From: a virus
Taxonomy: Duplodnaviria; Caudoviricetes
IMG/VR virus record: IMGVR_UViG_3300022752_004478
Location: 1 to 61,129 of that record
Reading direction: 5' to 3' (one strand)
Length of the DNA: 61,129 nucleotides
The position numbers were made by a program, and so were the translations under genes. This document shows, piece after piece, positions 27,380 through 36,414 of the stretch. Numbering within the stretch: position 1 is the first letter of the stretch; each line of letters starts with the position of its first letter. Under the pieces are notes generated by a model. The model worked only from the letters and a program-made list of their open reading frames with translations, was not told the DNA's origin and made no database searches.

Positions 27380-29359
27380 TTAGTTAGTAATTCTGAATTT
27401 CACATAGTTAGAGTTCGGATACTGAATTCCATTTTTATCCAATGCTCTAATTTCAATTGTATAATCATGTGATATGAACCAAGAAAAATCAATCTCTGTA
27501 AAATATTCATCATTGACTTTTGATGCTTTTGTAAAGGGGATTACATCAATCTGATTCTTTCCTTGATTTACATAAATTCTAAATTCAATATCTCCAATAA
27601 TATTTTTTAATATTCTTGTTTCAATTAGTCTTTTTGCTCTAAAAATTAATCTTTTTAAACCTACCTTTTTTGTAATTATTTCATTTTGTTTAATACCTAA
27701 AACATTTATAAAAACATCACTACCGTATGTTAAACTTATTCCATCATTTAAATCAATTTTTGATATATTAAATTGTTTTTCAAGAACTTTGTTTTTACCA
27801 TTTTGTGTGTAATACCATCTACTATAAAATATTTCTATATCTTGATAATCTTCAGAATCAATTGTATGGCTAATTTTATAATTAAAATTATTTAATTGAG
27901 TAAATGCTGATGAGTTATAAATAATATCACCATTTGAATCAATTATTTCAAATTTATTTAATGAACTTATTGAAGATTGTGAAACAAAGAAAAAATCATT
28001 TGGAACATCAAAATTCATACAACATAAATCATCATTAACTCTATCATTATATGTTGTTTCTAAAAATGGTTCAAAAAATGTTTGAGTATATTTTGAAAAA
28101 AATGTAGTTACATTTTTAACATCGGATGTTAATGATTCTGTATTTGCTGAATATGCAATACATATACCGTTATTTGGCTGACCCGAAAATAAAATACCAT
28201 TTACATAATTGGTAATATCAACTTCAATATCTTCATTGCCAATTTCAAATCTTTGACTTGTTATTATTGATAAATTTGTTGCTGCTGTTGTAAATGTAAA
28301 TGATGTTTGTACAATATTTGAAAAATCAAAATTATCAAAAAAGAAATTATAATTATCACTTATACCACTTGTTCCATCTATCTTTAAAGATAATGTATAT
28401 GATGTATTTCCTGTAAAAGAACTAGGAACTGTAAAAACTTTTGATAAAGTATTCCATGTTAATGAACTTGATAATGAATTATATTCAACATTTGAATTTA
28501 ATGTTATACCACTATCTAAACTAGGTGTTAATTCAAGATATACTCTCTTGTAATCGCATGTATAACTGCTTAAATCTAAAAATTTACAAGATAATGAATA
28601 TATTGTACTTGCTGATGTATTAGATGTTATAGTTAAAGGTGTTGTAAATGTAAAAAGTGTATTAGTTGGTGAATTAAAAGAATAATTTAATGGGTCAGAG
28701 TTTTTTAACAACAATGAACTATTACCACTATACTTATATAATGTAGATGATGTTAAAACACTATTCAATGTGTCACTAGTAACACCTGATATGTTTAATT
28801 CAAATGTTCCAAAATCACCATCAATAAATTGATTTTGTGTGTTTGCTGTAGTAATTCCTGTTGCTGTAATTATATCATCTATATAATCACTATTATTTAA
28901 AAATACTCCAGGTTGTGTCCATGTAATTTGAGGATTTTTTCTGTTAAACCAATTTGCTGATGATTTATTTAATTCAACCTCTCTATACTGTCTATCATTA
29001 TAGATATAATCATATCCTGTTCCTTCATCAAATGAATCAGAAAGTTTTATAAAAACCAAATCAAAACCACTTGCCCTTTTTGAACTTATAAAATCAACAC
29101 CAATATATCCATCATTTAATGCAATACAATTTTTTATTTTTAAAAAATGAGATTGTATTGTATTTTGATTTATTGTATTGCTACTAATCTTTGATTTTAA
29201 AGAATCAACGTCAATATTAAAAACATAACGACTAACATATGTTGTTGCTGAATTATTTGTTCCACCATATGATAATTCAATTATTGGATTTCTTGAACTA
29301 TTAGTGTAAGAATTCCTTATTAATGTCGCTTGTTTTTTAAAATATGACCTAAAAATCAT
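27380..29359 (-). CDS. Probable virion structural protein with an internal CBM-like beta-sandwich
   Basis: 659 aa, Ser/Thr/Asn-rich; FDEGTGYDY, SANWF, F..GNEDIEVDIT; internal DGDFGTFE...YSGNSSL...FFDNF segment. Confidence 0.55.
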   Translation of the reverse strand: MIFRSYFKKQATLIRNSYTNSSRNPIIELSYGGTNNSATTYVSRYVFNIDVDSLKSKISSNTINQNTIQSHFLKIKNCIALNDGYIGVDFISSKRASGFDLVFIKLSDSFDEGTGYDYIYNDRQYREVELNKSSANWFNRKNPQITWTQPGVFLNNSDYIDDIITATGITTANTQNQFIDGDFGTFELNISGVTSDTLNSVLTSSTLYKYSGNSSLLLKNSDPLNYSFNSPTNTLFTFTTPLTITSNTSASTIYSLSCKFLDLSSYTCDYKRVYLELTPSLDSGITLNSNVEYNSLSSSLTWNTLSKVFTVPSSFTGNTSYTLSLKIDGTSGISDNYNFFFDNFDFSNIVQTSFTFTTAATNLSIITSQRFEIGNEDIEVDITNYVNGILFSGQPNNGICIAYSANTESLTSDVKNVTTFFSKYTQTFFEPFLETTYNDRVNDDLCCMNFDVPNDFFFVSQSSISSLNKFEIIDSNGDIIYNSSAFTQLNNFNYKISHTIDSEDYQDIEIFYSRWYYTQNGKNKVLEKQFNISKIDLNDGISLTYGSDVFINVLGIKQNEIITKKVGLKRLIFRAKRLIETRILKNIIGDIEFRIYVNQGKNQIDVIPFTKASKVNDEYFTEIDFSWFISHDYTIEIRALDKNGIQYPNSNYVKFRITN

Positions 29360-30036
29360 TATGTATTTTTGATTATATCTTTTATGTCTGTATCACTTAA
29401 TTCAGTTTTTTTATAAACTCCTGAACTCATGCCCTTTTCATTTTTATTATATTGGTCATTGCCATAATATAAAGAACCATTTACCAAATCTGTTCTTCCA
29501 TGTTTAGCAAAATATTCATTCCAATAATCTTCAATAGATTGCGCCCCTGTTGTTGTTTTAACCATCTGATTTAAAGACTCAAGAGGTGTTGGTGGTGTTA
29601 AATTATCAACCCTTTGATTTATTTGATTAATTTTTGAAGACATTTCATCAACATTATTTGTAATATCAGAAGTTTTTTGATTTAATACTGTTAAAATTTT
29701 AACAGAATCATTTATATATTTTGTTAAATTATCTATTTTTGATGAATGTATTTTTAATAAATCAGTTGCAGTATCCTCAAATGTTTCATTGTCGTTTACA
29801 TCGACATCTATATCTGTTTTATTCTCTATTGGCTGTATTTCTTTTTCTTGATTAGTTTTCTCAACATTATTTTCACCTTCAATAGCACCTGATATTTCAT
29901 CAAATACATCAACAGATTGATTTTCATCACCTATAATGTCTTCTTCTTGTTCAAGAACAGGCTCTTTTTTTACTTGATATTCAAGCAAAAACCTAAAACG
30001 GTCATATGATTGTGTTTTTTTGTTTCTGATTTTCAT
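29359..30036 (-). CDS. Hypothetical acidic coiled-coil protein
   Basis: Likely start MKIRNKK; acidic N-half, heptad-like middle, PPTPLESL. Confidence 0.65.
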   Translation of the reverse strand: MKIRNKKTQSYDRFRFLLEYQVKKEPVLEQEEDIIGDENQSVDVFDEISGAIEGENNVEKTNQEKEIQPIENKTDIDVDVNDNETFEDTATDLLKIHSSKIDNLTKYINDSVKILTVLNQKTSDITNNVDEMSSKINQINQRVDNLTPPTPLESLNQMVKTTTGAQSIEDYWNEYFAKHGRTDLVNGSLYYGNDQYNKNEKGMSSGVYKKTELSDTDIKDIIKNT

Positions 30037-30037
30037 A

Positions 30038-30244
30038 TTACTGCTCAAATTTAACTTCTTTAAGTAATTGCCTACCATCAGTAGTTACATACTTTTTATT
30101 GATTATTTCACTATGTTCAAATAAACCATCTTTAACTTTAATGATTACTTGATTTTCTTGTTTTTCTTGAATATTATCATCATCTTGATATTCATCAGCA
30201 GAGATTATTTCTGAAAGTTTTTTGTTTAAATCTTTTTTATCCAT
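30038..30244 (-). CDS. Hypothetical protein
   Basis: 68-aa ORF; CTAATTA variant motif 14 nt upstream. Confidence 0.6.
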   Translation of the reverse strand: MDKKDLNKKLSEIISADEYQDDDNIQEKQENQVIIKVKDGLFEHSEIINKKYVTTDGRQLLKEVKFEQ

Positions 30245-30261
30245 AATCGTTTTTCTTATAA

Positions 30262-30900
30262 TTAGTGTTTATTTTTATAAATGAAATATGGTATTGTCTT
30301 TTCAATAAAAAAACTATCCTGACCTTGAAATAAATTGATAAAATAATTGTAAATCTTTAAATCAATATCATTATAATAATTATTCATATCGCTTAAAAAA
30401 TTATTTAAAATTTTTAAATCTAATAATTCAAACCAAAAAAATTCATTTAAATTAATAATATAAATTTTATTGCATTGATTTGAATAACAATAAATCATCT
30501 TTTGGTTTTGATAAAAAATGTCTATGTTATTTTTATTGAAAAATTCTATCAATCCATTCCTTTCATTTATATTGCTAAAAAATAAATCAATAATCTCAAA
30601 TTTTAAAAATTTTAAATAATAATTGTGAATATTTATTATAAATTGTTCATACTTCTTTAAAAACTCAGATAAATATTCTTCAGGTGAATAGCACCAATAT
30701 ACATTATCCTTAATATGATTGTTATCCAATTCAATCTGATTCGGATATAACTCCCTTGCTTTTTTTATGCCTATTATTAGCAATGGTTTGTCATATAAAA
30801 TCTCATTAACAAATGAAAATTTCTTTGTCAATGGATAATGTGAATAGGTGGATAAATACGGATTTGTTGGTTCAATGCCGTACAAATATGCTAATTCCAT
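30262..30900 (-). CDS. Hypothetical protein
   Basis: Likely start MELAY; KPLLIIG; -7 box 9 nt upstream. Confidence 0.6.
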   Translation of the reverse strand: MELAYLYGIEPTNPYLSTYSHYPLTKKFSFVNEILYDKPLLIIGIKKARELYPNQIELDNNHIKDNVYWCYSPEEYLSEFLKKYEQFIINIHNYYLKFLKFEIIDLFFSNINERNGLIEFFNKNNIDIFYQNQKMIYCYSNQCNKIYIINLNEFFWFELLDLKILNNFLSDMNNYYNDIDLKIYNYFINLFQGQDSFFIEKTIPYFIYKNKH

Positions 30901-30909
30901 ATAATTGCA

Positions 30910-30919
30910 CAAATATACG
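30910..30919 (-). promoter_or_regulatory. Bacteroidota-type -7 promoter box (CGTATATTTG)
   Basis: TAnnTTTG match upstream of ATG 30900. Confidence 0.55.
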
Positions 30920-30944
30920 GAGAATTTTTAGATTTGCCGTAATT

Positions 30945-33900
30945 TTATGCAAATAATACCAAGTATTTTAAATAAAGATTATAATCGAGTCTGTAAAGAT
31001 TATCTGAATCTCTTACCTCAAAATGAAGGTGTGGTTTTAGTGGGTTGCCATCTTGACCCGGACCAAGTGTTCTTGCACGACCTGTATTTCCTGTTTTTCC
31101 TAATAATTGATTAACATCAATAACATCATTAAATTTTAAATTATTTATATAAGGACTAAATTCTTGCAAGTGAGCAAAATAAAAATATTTATTTTCTTTA
31201 TTATTTTTTAATAAAATATAATTACCATATCCATTTGGGTTGACATCTTTTGTAATAAATATAGTATTAGGTAGTGAAAACTTTAAATTTATTCCAGGAC
31301 GTGTTCCTATATCAATAGCACCATGTACTATACCATTTGTTCTTAAATATTTACTTGTAACTTCAAATCCTTGAAAAAAACTTGGTGTTCTTTTCTGAAT
31401 ATCATCAATTTGTTGTGGTGTTAGATTGGTTATTCTTGATGGTATACCTATTTTTTCCAAAGTTTGCGTATAAAAATTATTTCTAACAAAATCAACAATT
31501 TCTTGTTCTACAATTGGATTAACATCTTTTTTAAGTCTATATCCTTTAAATGTTGTTTCAAGTCTTTGTGTATCTGAATTTATATTATGTGTTACATTAT
31601 AAACAATATAAAGACCCTCAAATATTGGCATAAACTCCAAATAATAATATTGAGTTGGTTGTATTCCCATATTACCATAAGGAATTTTTATTGTTGATGT
31701 ATAACTTTGTTTTTGATATACATTCAATAATGATTGACCTTTTGGAATTGCAAGTGAATTACTTGCATTTGAAATAACCTCTGATTGTATTCTTAATCCT
31801 TCATCAGTATTTTTTAATGATTCTGTTGAATGTTCAAAATTAGAAAAAACAATCTGATTTTGTATTCCAGTATATTTTACTAAAAATGCACTTAATGTTT
31901 TACCTGATTTGGTAAAATCTGCGGGTATTGAATTTTTCTTTATACCATCATCTGATATTGTTGAGTTTGGTGGTCCATTTGGATTACTTGATAATCCACC
32001 AACATACATCGCTATAAATAATGGTTTTGTTGTTATTTTCTGATTTATATCAATTTTAAATAAATCATTATAACCTTTTGTATCCGTTAAAAAACCTTGA
32101 AAAGGATAAAACCAAAAATTATTATTTGATAATAATCTACTTATTGCACTAAAAAGACTTACATTAGTATCTTGACTATCCGAAAGTAATGTTTTTATGT
32201 CTAATACTGCTTTAGTACTAATATCATTATATGCCCTATCAACAAATTTAAAATTTTCTTTTATATTAAATTGATAATTTTCTTTTTTGTAACCAAATAA
32301 ATAATTTTCATATATTACCTGAAAAGATTTATAAACAGCCAATTTTACTTCATTATCACGCATTTGACTCCTATATCCTTTTAGCTTTTCTTCTAATGTT
32401 TCTTTATCCTTTTTTACTAATTCAGATAAAACAGGTAATAAATTTTTTAAATATTGTGCATATAAAGAATCATTAGGTAAATAAAAATCAACAATAATAT
32501 CACTTGTAAATTCTAATGAATTAACAGATAAATAAACAGGTTCAAATAAAAATTTTTCTAGTTTTGTTATTTCTTCTGCATTAGTTGTTATTATATCTGA
32601 CCCATCATTATTTTTAATATTAATGCGATATGTATCTAAATCAATATTGTTATCTTCATCTCTATTAACATTATTAGTTACTTGATATCCATATTGATTA
32701 TTGATTTGATTAATTTCGTTTGATAATTTTATTAAATAATTATAAAAATTTGTTTTTTTTATTATTCTAAATTTAAAATTAGCACCTGAATTTAAAGTAA
32801 AGGGAATATAGAAGTAAATATTATCTTCTGAAGATGGTGTATTATTTGAAATAAAACTTAATCTTTTTGCTAAAATAATTAACAAAATTTTAGGAATTTC
32901 AATAAGACTTGGAAATTGACTTCTATCAAATAATTCTTTAAAGTTAAAAATTGATTTGTATAATCTTTGTGTTTCAACATATGGTTGTGTATAATATATA
33001 TATTTTGGTGGTTCTTTTTTTATAACATCTTTATATGGATTTTCATAAATAAAATCACTTTTACCATCAACCTCTTTATTATCAGGTATATATAAAACAT
33101 TATCTAATGTAATTTTAAAATTATCGCTTAACCCATTTACACTTTTCATGTAAGTGGTTATAATATCGGAAGATTCAGAAACATTATTTGAATTTATTAA
33201 ACTTGGCTCTCCTGTATTTGATACTGTAACATAATCAATACCACCTTTTAATGCGACTGCAATACCCATGTTTTTTGAAACACCATCTGGTACAACAATA
33301 GAATCATTTTTAGTTATTGATAATGGTTCTTTTGGGTTATTTGTAAAATAATTTTCATCAGTAAATTGATTTTTTAAATTTATAAAATAATTTTTTATTT
33401 TATCATCGGCAAGCATTAATGCAAATGCAATATTTCTTGCTTCTGTTTGAATAAATGATAAAAATAATTGTTCTTGATTATCAGTATTATTAACACCACT
33501 TTCAAATAAATCTTTAAAAAAATCTTTAAAAGATGCAACGCTATTATTATTATTTGTCCAACCTGTATATGTGGATTCAATAGCGGTAATTTTTAAATTA
33601 ACATTTGTAAAAATTAAAAATCTTTCATATATTAATTGACATATTTCTTCTGGGTTTTGTGATTGATATATATTGGGTGCTTCTCTTTTATCTGGGTTTA
33701 AATCTGTTCCAAATTTATATATTTCTCTTGGGTTTACAGGTATATATTTATTTGAACCATCTTCATTTTTAGAATTTGCTAAATCAGTTAGCAAATTAGT
33801 AATTTGTGACTGTATAAAAGCTTCTAAAAATTCTTCAATAAAAATAACTTCATCCCAATTTTGAAAATTTGGATTTTTTCCCGGATATATAAGAGTATTT

Positions 33901-35351
33901 ACACCATTAATATTTTCAACAACTGTTGGAAAACCTATTTTATCATATGTTTGATTTGTATTTCCATATCTAGCATTATCTAAAAATCCTTTTTCACCAG
34001 CTTGAAATATTTTATCCATTAAAATATTATAATCATCAAACATTAGTTTAAAAATATTACCAATTTTTAGTCCTGTAGTTCCTAAAGATTCTGTAACTAA
34101 ATTTTGTAATCTATCTGTTAGTGAAGAGGCATATTCATTACCCAAATCTTCAATTTGTTGTCTTAACAAATCTATTGTTTTTGATAATCCAGAGTAATCA
34201 ATAAAATTTGGTTTATTAAAAATACCTAAAGCTAAATTATTTGGGTCAGTTAGTGATGTTGTAATATCAAATTTTATTAAATCCCTATAGTTTTGTTTAC
34301 TTATTACATCATTTTTATTTTTAATATCATCATTTATAGCATTACTAATTATATTATATTCAGAAGGTTGTATTGGTAATGAAGGTGTTAATACTGTTTT
34401 AAATGTTATTTTGGATTGATTATTATCAAATGTTGATGATTCTAAATAAGTTGTAATTCTTGTTTGTGATGTTTTATCTGTTATTTTTTTGTATCCTTGT
34501 GATTCCGTAACCACAAGTGTTAGATAATCTTTTTCTTTATCTAAAGAAACTTTTATATCATTTAATGATGTAATTTTTTCTTCAATTTTTCTTATTTCAT
34601 CTTGATTTCCTTTTTCTTGGTCTGATTCAACTTCTTGATTTATTTTTTCAAATAATCTTTTTGAATTAATAATTAATTCATGAAAACTTTTAATAATATT
34701 ATCATCAACATTTGGTTTTTGTCTACCAAAATAAGGAACAGCTTGTAAATAATTTAATGGAAGGTCTGATAGAGGTGCGAATCTATCTCCAATAAATTTG
34801 CTATTGATTGTAAAGTTTCCTGAATCATCAATTGATATATCATCTCTTATTTTTTGTAATCTATATTCAATTGTTGGACCAAAACCACCTTTAATTCTTA
34901 GATTAAAGATTGGGTATGGTAGTTGAAACATTTTTGCAAATTTACTATTAAAATTATTTAAAACATTTCCTCTAACATCATGAAATGTTATTGCAACTTG
35001 TGGTATTTTATTTGCATCAAAAGTTATGTCAATATTTTTAATACCAAAACCCTCATATTCTTTTCTATTATCTTCTGTATAATTTGTTGAATAATAATTT
35101 ATATCTTTTTGTTTTTTATCTTTTCTATTAAAATATCCAGTTATTATTATTTCTTCACCTGAAGAAACATTTGAATTATTAACAACACTACCATTTGCTA
35201 TTTGAATATAGTTGCTATTTCTAGGTTTCATTGTTAACTCAGCAAAAGACCTAATATCTTCTATTGCAGGTATACCATTATCTAATTTTTGTAATAATGG
35301 ATTATTTCCTAATATTACTTTATTTGGGTCTACTAAATTAAAATTATTCAT
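30945..35351 (-). CDS. Large virion (baseplate hub-like) protein with C-terminal M23 peptidase
   Basis: 1468 aa; C-terminal HGAIDIG (HxxxD), GYGNY, FAHL, GNTG, PHLHFEVR (HxH); downstream of tape measure. Confidence 0.8.
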   Translation of the reverse strand: MNNFNLVDPNKVILGNNPLLQKLDNGIPAIEDIRSFAELTMKPRNSNYIQIANGSVVNNSNVSSGEEIIITGYFNRKDKKQKDINYYSTNYTEDNRKEYEGFGIKNIDITFDANKIPQVAITFHDVRGNVLNNFNSKFAKMFQLPYPIFNLRIKGGFGPTIEYRLQKIRDDISIDDSGNFTINSKFIGDRFAPLSDLPLNYLQAVPYFGRQKPNVDDNIIKSFHELIINSKRLFEKINQEVESDQEKGNQDEIRKIEEKITSLNDIKVSLDKEKDYLTLVVTESQGYKKITDKTSQTRITTYLESSTFDNNQSKITFKTVLTPSLPIQPSEYNIISNAINDDIKNKNDVISKQNYRDLIKFDITTSLTDPNNLALGIFNKPNFIDYSGLSKTIDLLRQQIEDLGNEYASSLTDRLQNLVTESLGTTGLKIGNIFKLMFDDYNILMDKIFQAGEKGFLDNARYGNTNQTYDKIGFPTVVENINGVNTLIYPGKNPNFQNWDEVIFIEEFLEAFIQSQITNLLTDLANSKNEDGSNKYIPVNPREIYKFGTDLNPDKREAPNIYQSQNPEEICQLIYERFLIFTNVNLKITAIESTYTGWTNNNNSVASFKDFFKDLFESGVNNTDNQEQLFLSFIQTEARNIAFALMLADDKIKNYFINLKNQFTDENYFTNNPKEPLSITKNDSIVVPDGVSKNMGIAVALKGGIDYVTVSNTGEPSLINSNNVSESSDIITTYMKSVNGLSDNFKITLDNVLYIPDNKEVDGKSDFIYENPYKDVIKKEPPKYIYYTQPYVETQRLYKSIFNFKELFDRSQFPSLIEIPKILLIILAKRLSFISNNTPSSEDNIYFYIPFTLNSGANFKFRIIKKTNFYNYLIKLSNEINQINNQYGYQVTNNVNRDEDNNIDLDTYRINIKNNDGSDIITTNAEEITKLEKFLFEPVYLSVNSLEFTSDIIVDFYLPNDSLYAQYLKNLLPVLSELVKKDKETLEEKLKGYRSQMRDNEVKLAVYKSFQVIYENYLFGYKKENYQFNIKENFKFVDRAYNDISTKAVLDIKTLLSDSQDTNVSLFSAISRLLSNNNFWFYPFQGFLTDTKGYNDLFKIDINQKITTKPLFIAMYVGGLSSNPNGPPNSTISDDGIKKNSIPADFTKSGKTLSAFLVKYTGIQNQIVFSNFEHSTESLKNTDEGLRIQSEVISNASNSLAIPKGQSLLNVYQKQSYTSTIKIPYGNMGIQPTQYYYLEFMPIFEGLYIVYNVTHNINSDTQRLETTFKGYRLKKDVNPIVEQEIVDFVRNNFYTQTLEKIGIPSRITNLTPQQIDDIQKRTPSFFQGFEVTSKYLRTNGIVHGAIDIGTRPGINLKFSLPNTIFITKDVNPNGYGNYILLKNNKENKYFYFAHLQEFSPYINNLKFNDVIDVNQLLGKTGNTGRARTLGPGQDGNPLKPHLHFEVRDSDNLYRLDYNLYLKYLVLFA

Positions 35352-35386
35352 AAATATATTTAAAATATTATAGTATTCTATTTTTA

Positions 35387-35393
35387 TAAATAG
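35387..35393 (-). promoter_or_regulatory. Putative phage promoter motif CTATTTA
   Basis: Coding-strand CTATTTATA in the intergenic gap upstream of 35351. Confidence 0.5.
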
Positions 35394-35447
35394 AGTTTTA
35401 TTTTTTTTAATTAAATCCTTTATGTATGGTTTCCATTTTTTCCAATA

Positions 35448-36374
35448 TTATTTTGTTCTTCTTGTTGATAATTTCACATTGGATATTATCTCATCATATC
35501 CTCTCTCAAAAACAACTAAATTATCATTAACTTTTTTAATGAATAATTTATGATATGATGTTGGATAGTTAATTGATAAATATTTTCTTACATTAAATTT
35601 AATTGGAAAACTACCAATTAATTTTGCTTTCTTATTATATTCTAATAAATTTAAAGAAGAAGATTTCTTTTTTATTTTAGAACCCCAAGATTTGGTTCTA
35701 TTAAAATCATTAGATATAAAAGAATTTGAAACACCTAAATAATCATTATCATCATTATAAAGATTTAAACCAAAGTGGTTTGGATTATCCTTTTTTATTG
35801 AATCTCCTTTGGTTTTACTCTTTTCTAGATTATAACCTCTTTTAAACTGTCTCCTAACATTATCACTTCCTACTTCATAGCGTTCCATTAAATCTTGGCT
35901 AACAAGATATTTTTCAAATTCCAATCTATTTTTATATTTAAATTGTTTTTTTAAAAAATATTGCTCTTTAGCACTAAATGTTAAAAACTTAAGCGTTCCA
36001 ATATCCGATATGTTCAAACTAAAACTCGTCTTACTTATTATACGTTCATCATAATCACTTTCAATGTAAACTAATCTTTTAATCTTATTTAATCCATTTA
36101 TAAATAAAGTATTTGTCTTTGGATTATATCCAAAATACTTTTTTGAAATTAATGAATTAATATGTTTATTTAATGTTCTTTGACTTATCCCAAGATGATT
36201 GCAAACATCATTCTTAATGCCATTATTTAACTTGCAATTTCCTGATGTCCTGAAAGCAAAACTTAAATATGTTTTAAATTCATTAAAGTTATATGTTGAA
36301 GAAGACATAATACGACTTACCATCGCCAATGGGATGTGCAAGTGTGTCCTTTCAAAATTTTTAACTTTTTTCAA
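35448..36374 (-). CDS. Basic protein with N-terminal (winged) helix-turn-helix
   Basis: VCNHLGISQRTLNKHINSLISKKYF HTH-like segment; Lys-rich; TTG start; TATATTTG box at 36392-36399. Confidence 0.55.
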   Translation of the reverse strand: MKKVKNFERTHLHIPLAMVSRIMSSSTYNFNEFKTYLSFAFRTSGNCKLNNGIKNDVCNHLGISQRTLNKHINSLISKKYFGYNPKTNTLFINGLNKIKRLVYIESDYDERIISKTSFSLNISDIGTLKFLTFSAKEQYFLKKQFKYKNRLEFEKYLVSQDLMERYEVGSDNVRRQFKRGYNLEKSKTKGDSIKKDNPNHFGLNLYNDDNDYLGVSNSFISNDFNRTKSWGSKIKKKSSSLNLLEYNKKAKLIGSFPIKFNVRKYLSINYPTSYHKLFIKKVNDNLVVFERGYDEIISNVKLSTRRTK

Positions 36375-36414
36375 AAAAGATAAGTTGAAATCAAATATAT
36401 GTTCTTTTTTAAAA

